Origin: Octopus bimaculoides
Lineage: Eukaryota
Direction: 5' to 3'
DNA: 63,909 nucleotides
Assembly: GCF_001194135.2 (NCBI RefSeq)
Contig: NC_068981.1
Coordinates: forward strand, 151,966,913-152,030,821
A program made the position numbers and the translations under genes. The notes under the pieces are model-generated. The model did not search any database and was not told where the DNA came from. It saw nothing but the letters and a program-made list of their open reading frames with translations. Shown here piece after piece: positions 51,377 through 63,909 of the stretch (positions are counted from its first letter, which is position 1; every line of letters begins with the position of its first letter).

Positions 51377-51939
51377 CTAAAATAAGAATAAATAAAAAAA
51401 TAAAAGTCTTGCAAAAAAGAAATGGTATCAATTCAGTATATGTTATAAAAATTAATGGATTTATATAATGTATTGAACTTTATTTTCAAATCATAGAAAA
51501 TGACAGTTTGTCTAAGTCCAATAATAGAAAAAGATTTCAAACTCAGTCCATACAAAATCTATTGAACTTAATAATTCCATAGACTATTAGGTCTCATTTC
51601 AGGATTGAATGAGTTCAATAAAAACTTAACCTACATTGTATTTCAAACATTATCTTGTTAATGATAATTTTATCTAAATTTATGACTGTGTATAACCTGC
51701 AGTAAAACGAATTCAAACTCTGCTACAACCACTATTTTATGCCCTTATGAAATATATATTAGTCTATCTGCTTAGCTAAAATTAAGTGTAAGCATTAAAG
51801 AATTATCCATTTATGTCTTCCTGAGTCCTAAATTCAAATCCAGGTAGAGGTGATAACATGAGAACAGATCAAATTCTAGAGTTGATCCCATCAACTTCCC
51901 AACAATGTTTTGATGTAAGAGATGATTATGAATTAAAGA

Positions 51940-52890
51940 AATAAGAGTGTTGAGTTGGCTGAATCATTAGAGCATCATACAAAATGTCTTACAGTATTTA
52001 GTTATGAAATTTACATTTTGGTTTCAAATCCTACCAAGGTCAACCTCTGGAGTTGATGAAATTAAAGTATCAGTTAAGTGGTGATGTTGATTTACTCAAT
52101 GTACTGCCTCCCAACAAATTGCTAGCTTTGTGTTTAATTTAGAAGCAACCAAATAAATGATACATGAAAAAAAATAAAGTAGTTATTTGAAAAAAAATTT
52201 ATTATTAGTAGTAGTAGTGGTGGTATTAGGAAAGTAGATTAGCAGAATGATTAGGTGATCCGTAATAATCCTTTCTACTATAGGCACAAGGCCTGAAATT
52301 TTGGGAGGAAGCTAGTTGATTACACTGACCCTTATGCTCAAATGGTGCTTAATTGATTGACCCCTGAAAAGATGAAAGACAAAGTCAATCTCAGCAGCAT
52401 TTTAATGCAGAATGTAAAAACAGATAAAATATCACTAAGCATTCCACCTGACATGCATATGATTCTGTCAACTCATAGTCTTAATGTTTATAATAATGCA
52501 TGAGCAATAATGGTTTCAAATTTTGGTGCAGGGCTAGCAGTTTTTGAGGGGAGGGGAAGTTAATTACATCGACTCCAGTACTTGACTGATACTTATTTTA
52601 TTAACCCTGAAAGGATAAAAGCAAAGTCAATCTCAGTGGAATTTGAACTCAAAATATACAGACAAACAAAATGTCACTAAGCATTTTGTCACCTGAAATG
52701 CACCAGTAATAATGCTTTCAGCATTTCTCCAAGCTTTCTATATTCTGTGCCCAAATCTTGTCAAAGTCAGCTTTGCTTCTCATCCCTCCAGGGTCGATAA
52801 AATAAGTACTGCCAACTACTTGGGTCAATGTAATCAACTAACCCTCTCTCCTCAACATTGTTGGCCCTCTGCCTAAATTAGAAGCAATTA
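51940..52890. mobile_element. Cluster of four decayed family A SINEs in mixed orientation (+,-,-,+)
   Basis: Shared core (tttcatcc...ggggtc.ataaaataagtacc) appears forward near 52040 and 52790 and reverse-complemented near 52360 and 52600. Confidence 0.65.
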
Positions 52891-53804
52891 CTACAACTAC
52901 TATCATCAGTATTTTCAATATAGGTGATAATCATTGTTTATCCTCCCAGTTAATCCTTTTAAATAGACCTATGATCAAAGTTGTTCCTAATCACTATTTT
53001 TTTTTGTTTTGTATATTTTTATATTTAGAATTACTTGGCAAATATGTGTCCTTCATGTTTTAGAATGAAAGGTATGAGTTCAAAGTGATTTAGCTGCTAT
53101 TTCTAGCAGATCAAATGACTGCAAAGAGGCTCTTTCAGTGGCTCAATGATGTTAAAGACAACGGTAAAATATTTATTGTACATAGTTACTGTCACTTAGT
53201 CCAAATAAATCAGAGTAACAATAATGACATTGGAAAATTTTTTCCAGAACAATAATCAGTTGCAAAAGTAATAAAAAGTAATTGTTATAAATTTAAGAAA
53301 TAATTAGGGTTAGGGTTAGGGTTTAACTGAAAAAAATTTACTAAAGTGTTTATAAATTTCTTTATCAGTCCAATATTTTATAATTCAACATATCTTTACT
53401 TCTAAAGATTACAATCATTTTTGCTTTTAAAATCTATAAAGATTTTTTAACTGGTGTTATGATGAATAGGTTTGTACATTAAGACATTTGGATGAATTGT
53501 TTTATTCACTTTTTCATGTTAGTTTATTAAACTTATCATTATTCTGTAGTCCTGCCAATAATGTTAACATTGTTTCTTGGAGATTTTTATTTGGTTTGGA
53601 TATGCTAATCCTAAAATTACCTATATTCTAGAGATTTTTCAATAAAAGTGAGCAAATTTATATTATCCATAAATTGAGAGGAATAGATGTTAAATGGAGA
53701 TCAATGATGGAGAAAACAAAATTTTTGATAAAAATATATTTAGGGACCATGAAAATTTGGAAAATTGTTAAATTTTAAAGGTAATTTTAATTTAGACTAC
53801 TTAC

Positions 53805-54107
53805 ATGCAAACCTACTTAAAGCAACTGTTCTTGAAGGGGGGCTCAATCCATATTCACTTAAAGCTCTAACTCGGAAGTTGTAATCTCGAGCTGGAGTAA
53901 TATCACCTATATGGTAACTTGTTGTTGGTACACCACTGACAACTGGATGCCAGTCTGGATGAGGAGGCTGTTGTGATTCAATCATAAATAAAAGTGATCC
54001 ATCACCATCACCATAGCCAGGTATATCTGTTCTGCTCCATCTGAGATTTACAGTGCTTGGTTCATATTGTTCAATATCCAGATGATCAATTGGGCTTTTA
54101 CCTTTTG
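53805..54107 (-). CDS. FN3 domain exon 4 (303 nt)
   Basis: KGKSPIDHLDIEQYEPSTVNLRW...LLFMIESQQPPHPDW...DYNFRVRALSEYGLSPPSRTVALSRFA; ttttcag acceptor, T|gtaag donor; phase 1-1. Confidence 0.92.
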
Positions 54108-54568
54108 CTGAAAATAAGTTCAATCCATACAAACAGTATTATATATGTATGTAATTCTATTGTTTACCATCAAAATTGAAAATCCTGTTATCAATAATTG
54201 TTAAAATTATGAAAAGTAATCATTGTGATGGCAATAAAATATACAATTGTGTAAAGAATCTTAAAGGTGAAATAGATAATTATTTTTTGCTTGATCATCA
54301 ATTTTGCATAAAAATCATTGATATTAGTATTATTGATATCAATATAATATGAAAGTCACAAATTATATTTGATAAAACCTATTATACATTCATTCTCATG
54401 AACATTCTACCAATTATTAGACAAGATGTATTTGTTGGTAAAAGTAGGTTTTTACATGTTATTCTAAATACCAAGTAAAAAGAAAATAACAAATAAATAA
54501 GCAAAAGAAGAATATATCAACTAAAAAGAGCACAAGAGCATTTTGCCTTCTGCTGGATGAAAATTTAC

Positions 54569-54871
54569 CCATAGTTCTGTGTAATGTTACAGGTGGTGAT
54601 GGTTCAGTAACTCCCAGTGGAGAATATGCTCTCACTCGGAATCTATAATCTTTATTTGGCTCCAGCCCTTTGACAACGTAAGACGTGTCTGGTATTTTGG
54701 ATGCATATTCACGCCACTTATAATCAGGAACTTGTTGTATTTCAAGAATATATGTTAGCTCATCATCTGTTGCTCTGAAACTTGGTATGTGCAGCCGATT
54801 CCATCGAAGACGAACTGATGTTGGGTCAAGGTTTTCAATGTAAGGACGATCAACTGGTATACCAGGATATA
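54569..54871 (-). CDS. FN3 domain exon 3 (303 nt; absent from the ORF track)
   Basis: Hand translation: YPGIPVDRPYIENLDPTSVRLRWNRLHIPSFRATDDELTYILEIQQVPDYKWREYASKIPDTSYVVKGLEPNKDYRFRVRAYSPLGVTEPSPPVTLHRTM; tatttcag acceptor, G|gtaaat donor; phase 1-1. Confidence 0.92.
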
Positions 54872-55789
54872 CTGAAATAGTAATTGCAATGCAGAGAGAA
54901 ACTCAATAAAGTATGTAATATAAATAGAAAAAAGAGTTTTAAAGATAAATACAAATAAATCAGAATATATAATTTTGAAGCTGCAAACTATTACCTTAGA
55001 GGTAAGTCTAAATTGATGTATTTCACATTTTTATTATCAATTATCTGTTTACCTTTGTATATCTCATATTCATGACTGATTAAAAAGCTTTAGTAAATGT
55101 TATATAGTAATAAAATGTTTAAAATTTTCAGAAAATCCATTTTCATATCGAAAGAAATAAAAATAAATAGTCAATATTCTATGACACTGATAAGGATAAG
55201 GAATTTAAAAATTCTGCAGGTATTATTTTATTACTGTAGTAATAGCAGAAAAACTGCCATAATTGAAAGAATGTTGAATATGTATTAAATTTAAAAGAAG
55301 GAGAGCAAGTGAAGAGACAAACCACTAGAGACATAGTTCATGCAAGGCAGATGACTATTTGAAATCTTTAAAAAATGAAAAAAAATACATATAAGAAGAA
55401 AGAATGAAGTAAGCTGGTGCTACAGAAAAAAGCACTCAGTACATTCCGTAAAGGACATCCAACTGTAGAAACCATGCCAAAGCTAAGAAACAGGTGCAAA
55501 ACTTGGTTCTCCAATAAACTGTCCAGCCCATATCAGCATGGAAAGTGGTTACTAAAATAATGGTGGTGGTAGTGGTGGAGAACATTGAGGAGGAGGAGGA
55601 GGATGGGGAGGTATATGAACAAGTAAATATGTGCTATTTGTATATTTCAATGATTAAAAGAATGAAAAAATAGTGAATTCATATGAGTTATTGCATATAT
55701 ACAAGATGAACCAGTCGTAACCTGTTCAGTCACAACCACTCCAAGTTCAAAAATGTCAATGTGTGGCAGGAAGGAAAAAATACTATTTA

Positions 55790-55890
55790 GAACTCCATGC
55801 AATAAAATTCTTAAATAATACAGTTCTCCTGCCTTTGGTGTGACACCATAAACACAACCAGGTGTTTCTTCTTTGAAAACGTTCAAATGG
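55790..55890 (-). mobile_element. Helitron Rep/helicase remnant
   Basis: GCVYGVTPKAGELYYLRILLH resembles the Helitron motif GRxYxVxPxxGExYYLRxLL(H/N). Confidence 0.55.
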
Positions 55891-56347
55891 CCTTCAACTT
55901 CTTTTCCTCACTTTCTTCTTTGCCATTCTTTGTTACTACTGTTCAAGTACATGGATGCTTCAACATAAAACCACTTAGACCCTCTGAAGAAGCCTAGGGG
56001 TACATCCACTAACCAAGCTTTGTCTTCTCATCCTGCATAACACTGAAGGGGTGGAGATAACCTGGAAGATTTCGTTGCCTCTTGCCAAAAATAGTCATAA
56101 GGAACTAGTATCTGCACACCCATTTAGTTTTTTGCCAATTTGCTCATTTGCTTAATTGCTCATTTGTTTCTATATGCTTATATGAATTCATACGCTTGTT
56201 TATGCAGTTACCAGCTTTTTCCACTTGCTAATCTGTACCACTCATACATGTGTGTGCATTCATCCAATACATTTGAATAAATAGATATACTGGAATGTTT
56301 ATTGGCTGATATCTGTCGATTTTATATCCTTTCCATTTTCTTATTTG

Positions 56348-56387
<40 letters not shown>

Positions 56388-57296
56388 TTCTAGATATGTA
56401 TGTTCTCTCTTGTTTAGTATATTAGATATGCTATTGTACACAGGCAACTTAGAATTTTCATAAATACCTGCTCAAATTTTTTGACATATATTTGCAAAGA
56501 GCATGACTATAGTCACACATAGATCCCTAGATTCACATATGCATATCTAGCAGTATGTTAAGCTAATTAAAATACTTTTATATTACCAACAAAATTATTT
56601 TGAAGCCATTTCAAAACCAAATACATCCACATATATATAAAAGCTGCTTTATGTACAAAAATGCACTATAAATATATTCAAAATATTTTTGTATAAAATC
56701 ACTCAGACATGTCACATGCTTAAAATATATCAATGGTTTTTAATCATTTTGATTACATTACCTGGATATTTCTCCCACTCAATGGATATTCCTGAAGACA
56801 TAGAATATATCAATAAATAACAAGTGAAAAAATCACCCTTTCTTAATAATAATATATAACATTATAAAAATGTTTCTAATCTGAAACAATGATTTCTTAC
56901 ATCATTTTGTATCTTATTTGAACTAATTACATTGTACCTTTTTTAAAATTAGTAAACTTTAATCAGCAAGGTTTATGTTTCAAAAGTTTTAATTTGTTGC
57001 ACTATTCATTTTAAACTGATAGTATTCATGCCCTTAGGGGATAATGTTGAAAATATAGAGTTCACAAGTAAGTCTTGTATTAAACAAAATAGAACAAAAT
57101 ACTTTTAGAGATATGTGAAAAGGATAATAGAATATTTAGCTATCTAAAGATTACTTACACATTTAAAATGGACATGAGACAACCAAAAATTTATTTATAA
57201 ATAGCCAAGCAATGAAATTAAATCTAGTAAAGTATAACTGTTTTAAGAATGCTCAATAAATGAAAATTGTTTCAATTTAAAAAATTGAGTTTTTAC

Positions 57297-57608
57297 CTTT
57301 AGCTCTTCTTAAAGTAATTGGATATGTAGGTTCACTTAGAACACCATGATCAATTTCTGCTCTCACTCGAATCATGTAGTCTTTTTCTGGATTTAAGCCA
57401 TGAATATAATGACTAGTATCAGGTATGTCACTTGCCAAAGGTATCCAGTCTTTACTTGGAAGCTCAGCAATTTCCAACCTATAGGTATGTGGTGTATGCC
57501 TTCTTTTGCTACTTTCAGGAGTAAGTTGCATAGGTCTCCAAGCTAACCTCGTTGATTCTTCACTGAGATCTGTGATTAGCGGTGTTGTCAAAGGAAACGA
57601 TGGCATAA
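57297..57608 (-). CDS. FN3 domain exon 2 (312 nt)
   Basis: MPSFPLTTPLITDLSEESTRLAW...YRLEIAELPSKDW...LNPEKDYMIRVRAE...SEPTYPITLRRAK; ttttcag acceptor, G|gtaaa donor; phase 1-1. Confidence 0.92.
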
Positions 57609-57967
57609 CTGAAAAGATTTAACATTTTAATTCCATAAATATTTAAGACTTCAAAGTCACAATTTAAATAACCTGAATTTAATCACAAGCATTATGATCT
57701 TAAATTATGCACATGGAAAATGTGGAAAATTATATAAAATATAAAATTACTTTTTGTTTGAAATTAAAGATATTTTTCAAACATAAAGTCATACATTTAA
57801 ACATTTTAAATAATCATCTTTATATTTAAATTTCTAATTCAATTTCTAATTAATTGTGTATTCAACTTCTGTTTGTCATAATCAGAGATGGATTTACAAA
57901 CTAGGGGTATACAAAGGTCTGTGAGGCTGAAGTTGAGAAAGAAGTGAGGTTAGTTACTAAGAGGCTT

Positions 57968-58033
<66 letters not shown>

Positions 58034-58364
58034 GTGAGTTTATTAATAGGAATACTGCAACCAGTGAATGCTCCCCATTTTCCTCACTAGTCATAATAAT
58101 AATCATATACATTACTAACAGAAAAAAATGAAGTCAAACAAATGCTTTGCAGTAGTTATTTTGTACTTTTGTAATCTAAGTTTAAATTCTGCTTCAGTCA
58201 CTTCTTTTTTTCTTATAACAAACCAATAGTGTGATGTTGTCTATTCAATGAAGAGCAGCCCTTGTTTCATAGAAATTAATCTTATGCCTAAAAAGGGAAC
58301 TTATAATTGGAACAAGTTATGAAAATATGTTTGTAATTCAAATATGATTTCTACTTTGACTTAC

Positions 58365-58664
58365 CAGTTCGTCTTGGCAGCATCACAGGTGCTGTTGGTT
58401 CTGAGGTAAAATTCCTATTTTCAGCTTTAATACGGAACATATATTCAGTATCAGGGTTCAGATTATCAAGAAAGTGATCATTTCCCTTAATTCCAGATGC
58501 AAATGGCTTCCATGTTCTGTGGGGTAATTCTCTATTCTCAATGCTATATGTAATTGGACCGACTTTAGAAGGAATATCAGCTGACACAGCTGGAACCCAC
58601 GAAAGCCTTGCAGAAGTTGGTTTGATATCAGACATAGTTGGACGACTTGCATAGCATCCAGAAA
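58365..58664 (-). CDS. FN3 domain exon 1 (300 nt)
   Basis: SGCYASRPTMSDIKPTSARLSW...PITYSIE...W...LNPDTEYMFRIKAENRNFTSEPTAPVMLPRRT; acceptor tgaaag, donor G|gtaag; phase 1-1. Confidence 0.9.
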
Positions 58665-59099
58665 CTTTCACAAAAGAATTAAAAGGTTATACAATATTAC
58701 AATGTTACCAGATTTTATAATACAAAATTCAATTTCATATTGTACTTTTCTTAAAGACAAAAAAAAAAATAAACTGAAATATTAAAACTGATACCTCAGA
58801 CTCCACCTGTTTATATAATTCTTTAATCAATAACAGAGGAATTCTTGACTGGCTGATTTTGGAGAACTCATATATACAAGCAGCAGAGTTCTCAGCTGAA
58901 TTTGTCAAATAAGTGGAAGTAATTTTCCAGGATCAATGGACCAAAAGGTGATATAAGCAGAAATTTTAGACTGAGTATCCAATGCAAACTATGGGTATAC
59001 ACTAGAAATACATACAGATTGACAAAAATGGTCTTCATATGTAGTAGAGGCATGTGGTCTTCATATGTAGTAAATGCACAGTAGATGCACCCATTAAAG

Positions 59100-59669
59100 C
59101 AGGGGTTGGGGAACTTTTTTAACCAATTACTCCAAAATGTATTTATTTATGCTGACATTAGCCCCTTAATTTGAAAGGAAGAAAATCATAGATTCTTTAA
59201 ATTCAAAAGGTTTATTGAATCTACTTATATAGAGAATACAATTATGAATATAAAATGTATAAAACAAATGCAATAAAATAAATTAATATCCTCATTATGA
59301 AACAAAAGGATTTTTCTAGAAACTTTTTCACTTTAGGCTTGGGAGAAATGATGTTGTCTCAATCTTGTTACCATTTCATCAAAATTGGGACATTTTGATG
59401 CCAGAGCAATTTGGATAGTCTTCAGGGTCCAATCAATTTCTCTGCTTTGCTTTTATGTTCATTAGAGTGGAAAATCCTTATTTGCAAAGGTAGGTTGTTG
59501 CAAAAGGTTGCAACTTTTTGAATATCTCCTCATGCCAGAAGAAAAATTTCTGTCGTAACAAGGAACATGTTTTTTTATATAATATTACTTGTCTAATGAG
59601 TTCTCATTACCCCCAAGAATTTTACTTTTACCCTACTTGGGGAAATTTACCTTGGTTCGCTGACCCCTG
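59100..59669 (-). mobile_element. Non-autonomous hAT (Charlie-like) element with intact 8-bp target-site duplication
   Basis: Ends CAGGGGTTGGGGAAC / GTTCGCTGACCCCTG; TSD CATTAAAG at 59092-59099 and 59670-59677; internal LQPFATTYLC...GFSTLMNIKAKQRN dimerisation-domain remnant. Confidence 0.9.
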
Positions 59670-60257
59670 CATTAAAGGGATTCTTTCAAAAACTTAAAGA
59701 TTCTCTGTAGTAGTCAGCAATTCCTATTATCCAAGTGACCTAATTAGCAGTGAAAATAGGTGTTCCAAAACAATAGTACTTAGAGTAAGAATGTGTGGAA
59801 AAAGTTCAGGATGCTATTGCCTCCACGGACAACAAAAGGAATCTATCTCTCCCTCTTTCCCACTGAGTAGAGGGCAGATTTTATGAAAGACTTGTTAGCA
59901 GTAAGTCGAGCATGATTCTCTGGATGTGTTATGTAAGTAAGAATGAGGGAAAACAAGTGGACTGAGAGAAAAACTCAGTATAAATAGAATTAGGTGTAGT
60001 GTGCAAGAGAGAAGCCTATGCTATGAACATGTTGCATAAGAAGTCAACTTCTCACCAATGTCTTAACTATAGCCAGATTTGTTGGTTATAGTTAATGCAT
60101 AATTTATGGGAAAGAAAATGGGAAATTATATTAGTAATGCTTATAAAATTAAAAAATTCCAATCACATATCTCAGCTTGATCTCAGACTTATCTGACAAG
60201 GAAAATAGTTGCCATTTACAGAACTCTTTTATAACCAATAGATAATCGCATACTTAC

Positions 60258-60353
60258 TATCAGGGTAATCATCATATCTTTTATCTACAGGTATATCTGG
60301 TATAATGGTGGGTTTTCCATCATATTTCTTTCTAGCAGGCATTTCCTCTGGCA
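60258..60353 (-). CDS. 96-nt linker exon between the Ig domain and the FN3 array (absent from the ORF track)
   Basis: ttttatag|TG CCA GAG ... CCT GAT A|gtaagta; phase 1-1; open frame (M)PEEMPARKKYDGKPTIIPDIPVDKRYDDYPD; joins in frame to both neighbouring exons. Confidence 0.75.
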
Positions 60354-60619
60354 CTATAAAAGGATAAATGATATCTTTTATTTCATCTTTTCCATAATTT
60401 ATATATGCTCATTTACATTGTATATTAATTCATACATAAATGTATGCATTAAGTACAAATATATAAATATGTGATGTGATGTGTGCACATGTATATGTGT
60501 GTGTGTGTTTTGATGCATGAGCATGGACAAGAATGTAAGTATGAATGCATGACTCCACCTGGAGAGGAAATAAGATATCTTCAAACAATTATCTACATCC
60601 TTCACCTATCCTGCTCCTT

Positions 60620-61080
60620 TGACGATGATATCACCAACCAATTATGAGCAGCTTACAGAAAACTTGAAATCTTATCACACCATGACTTACATAAGCATGA
60701 ACATATTCAAAAGCTAAAACAAAAAAAATCATGGTGTGTCAGTCAGTTGTAATCTTTATACTACTCTATGATTGTGAAACATCGGTAGTATATCAACATC
60801 AAATACACCCACTTGAGAGGTTTCATAAGCAAACTTGAGACTTACTTTGAACTATGATCAATGGATGAAGTACTGGCAAAAATAAAAACCATAAGAATTA
60901 AACAATTAACTCCAATAGTTGAGACGTGTAAAAAGGATGCTAGACATGAAAATACCCACACAGATCCTGTACTTTGAGCCTCTTGACAATCATCACCCAA
61001 GATGTGCATCTGAGAAATGCATCTGTGATTTAATCAAGAAAACCATGCCATTTGAACAACTGTGCATAGTTGACTATTGA
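60620..61080 (+). mobile_element. Decayed RTE (BovB-like) LINE 3' fragment
   Basis: ILLYDCETSVVYQHQIHPLERFH resembles the RTE motif LLYGCETWxVYxxHIxxLERFH. Confidence 0.55.
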
Positions 61081-61582
61081 CATTTCAACTATTATACATT
61101 TCAGTATTGTGCACCTTCTTTTATATATCCCAGATCATTATGTTTAGCCCATTTTGTTTATATTTTATGAAAATCTTGATAAAAGTATCCTTTCATAATG
61201 TGTGTGATTATGTCTTTCACATCACAGCAGCTTCTAATATTTGCATCCTCAGGATTAATGTCCTTATGGATTTTGTTGTATAATATTCTAGCCATGATAT
61301 CACATCTCATCAGCAGGTAATGCCATGATAACATTTTTGGACAACTTCTTATAATGCTGGTAACATCCACAATCAGTTGGTCCATCTGTCTGTTTGTGTA
61401 TGCATGCATGTGCACATGTATAAATAGATGCAGGTATGGGTATCATTAAATATGCGGATCTGTATGTATTTATCTCTGTATGTGACACAAACATATATTT
61501 ATTACATGCTAAACTTATTTTCAAAATGTAATTGTTTAATCAATAAATTTTATGCATATGATTTATTTAATAAAAAGCTTAC

Positions 61583-61755
61583 TTTCAAAATTCAAACTTC
61601 CAGATGTAATAGCTCTCCCTGCTCTGTTTGTGATAACACATGCATACATTCCAAGATCAGTAGGTTGGACATTCTCTATGCTCAAATAGCAGTTGCCTTC
61701 AAATTCAGCTAACTTAAAGCGTGGATCTGGTTGAAGAGGATATCCATCTTTTGTC
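61583..61755 (-). CDS. Exon encoding the C-terminal half of an I-set immunoglobulin domain of a titin/twitchin-like Ig-FN3 protein
   Basis: Translates (W)TKDGYPLQPDPRFKLAEFEGNCYLSIENVQPTDLGMYACVITNRAGRAITSGSLNFE, with I-set motifs W-x-KDG, LxIxNVxxxDxGxYxC and N-x-AG. Acceptor tttcacag is phase 2 (would complete a Trp codon if the upstream exon ends in TG). Donor A|gtaag is phase 1. I found no upstream exon in the window. Confidence 0.9.
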
Positions 61756-61877
61756 CTGTGAAATATATCAAATATTTTTTTTAAAATTGCAATATATTTA
61801 TTTTTTATCTTGAAAGCAATGCCTGTTACCAGGTTTATTAGTATAGAATTATCATTCATTCGTATATACATACATAC

Positions 61878-61927
<50 letters not shown>

Positions 61928-61929
<2 letters not shown>

Positions 61930-63531
61930 ATATATTTCCATGTATAAGATGACCTTTAGATAAGACAAGATCAGAATTTGTAAAAAATTTCATGAATTCA
62001 TCTCCTATCTGCTAAATTACAAGACCATCTGTGTACAGGCTAACTTTTGCAACAACAGGTATCTTTAGAAATATTGGTCATGTAAAGATGATGTGATTAC
62101 AAATGTCTTTTTCACTTACTATATCCTTAGAAATTAAAATAAACAAAATAACAAATCCATTTATATATCATGCTTTTTCATACACAGTCACCTAAAATGG
62201 AACCATTGTTTGGTTTACATTTCATCAGCTGATCTCTTGCAAATACTGATTTTTCCACTTTTTCTTCTTCCAGGGCATATTCACAGAATGCATACCAATA
62301 TCATCATCATCATCATCATCGTCGTCGTTTAACATCTGCTTTCCATACTAGCATGGTTGGACGATTTGACTGAGGACTGGTGAAACCAACTGAGGACTGG
62401 TGAAACCAGCTGAGGACTGGTGATTGTATATATCCTAACATTTACCAATAAAAACTAAAACGATTCTATATCATTTTTTTCCTATACATTTTGCCTAAAA
62501 GGCTGGTGCAATCGTTTTATGAACAGAAAAATATCTGGTAATAAGGGAGAAAACAAAAATTGTCCCCAAACTCCCAAGAGATCTTGATCACAAAGTAACT
62601 AGTTTTCACCAGTTCATCGTGCAGCTGAGAAAAAGGCATCAGTTTCCATTGTCTCACAGCGAAAATATGAATGAAACTCCATTAAACTTTGACATGCTGG
62701 GTAAAAAAATAGTAGATTTGAAAGGAGTAAAAACAGTGCATGTCAAAAGCACAGGATATGAGAAAACGAAGTTTATGGTGGTATTATCCTGCATGGTTGA
62801 CGTTACAAAATTAAAACACATGGTTATTTTTAAATGTAAAACAAAGCCCAAAATATATCTTCTGCCTGGCATTTTTGTTCATTTACATGAGAAAGGGTGG
62901 ACAGGCGAGAGTTGTGTGAAATTATGGAATGAGAAGGTTTGATGTTTTATTAATATTATTTATCTTGATAGGAAATGAAAAAAAAAATTTCATGTCTTAT
63001 GTTTTAAATGCAACTACTGTAAAATAATTTTATTGAAAAATACAGGTTGTGTGTAATCCAAATTGTATTATTTACCATCAAATGATAATAGATATTTTAT
63101 GAAAAATATAAATATGTTATTCTAAGTGTTATTACTACAGTTATACATCACCATTAAATTTTTTGAAAGGTTAGCAAAAGATAAAGGCTACTGCAAGTGC
63201 AACCATAACTTGATGTTTACATTTTCTCAGCCAAGCTCACATAGATAAAAGTTGATTTCAATGATATAGAATTATCTCTTGAATAGGCTATTTATTATGA
63301 AGATTTGCCAATGATATATAAAGTAAAAATGTTTTTACTAACTATATTATGATTTTTTTTTAATTTTGTTAATCTGTTTACACATGTCTGTGATTATCAC
63401 ATGTAGGCTGAGATTAGCTTACTTATAAAATCACTTAAAATTCAATTTTTAGAATAGTGGTATAAGATGACCCCAAATTTTTAGTGTAAATTTTAGGATT
63501 TAAAGGTCATCTTAAAAGCGGAAATATACAG
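61928..63531 (+). mobile_element. pogo-family DNA transposon remnant
   Basis: Imperfect TIRs ccatatatttccatgtataagatgacc / ggtcatcttaaaagcggaaatatacag flanked by TA. NMNETPLNFDM...KSTGYEKTKFMVVLSC...MVIFK...HEKGW resembles the DDE_1 domain. A nested RTE-tail fragment lies at about 62305-62420. Confidence 0.8.
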
Positions 63532-63909
63532 TATATATATATGTGTATATATATATATATATAAAGAGTAAAGACCCCCTTCAGTCATGAATGACCATGG
63601 GATTGCACCTAGAAAGTTCCCCTCCAAGGCACAAGTCCAGGAAAGGTTGTTTATGAAAGATCAGCAGTCACTCATGCACACCAGCTGCCCCTCTCCATGC
63701 CAGCAATGTTATCTAAGGAAAAAAGCAAAGGCTGATACAGCTTGGCACCAATGACATCAAAAGTCATTTCTACAGTGAACTGGGAAAATATGAAATAAAG
63801 TGTCTTGCTCAAGAACACAGCACACAGCCCGGTCTGGGAATTGAACTCACTACCTCATGAATGTGAGCTTGGTATCATGCAAATTCATATATATATATAT
63901 ATATATATA

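Noticed and set aside
53304-53321. (TTAGGG)3 telomere-like repeat
   Set aside because: Only three units in AT-rich intronic DNA; too short to call an interstitial telomere or fusion site.

Overview
AT-rich animal genomic DNA, dense in microsatellites and transposons, with 7 assembly gaps. The repeat families resemble those of an octopus (coleoid cephalopod) draft genome; this is inference, not a database match. The main feature is a minus-strand gene across about 40.9-61.8 kb. It contains the second half of an I-set Ig domain, a 96-nt linker exon, and 12 consecutive exons that each encode exactly one titin/twitchin-type FN3 domain. All 12 are phase 1-1 and 294-312 nt long, and 8 are exactly 303 nt. 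By eye the domains follow an 8-domain super-repeat (1~9, 2~10, 3~11, 4~12). The gene's 5' end lies beyond the window and its 3' end is unresolved. The left 35 kb is mostly decayed transposons: RTE and CR1/Jockey-group LINEs, four mariners, a DD37D maT and tRNA-derived SINEs. It also holds a weakly supported chain of small phase-compatible minus-strand exons (1.4-12.8 kb) and a CpG-retaining promoter-like block near 15 kb. Pogo, hAT and Helitron remnants sit in introns of the FN3 gene. Four separate inverted-repeat (foldback) structures are present. There is no CRISPR array and I see no rRNA or true tRNA gene.
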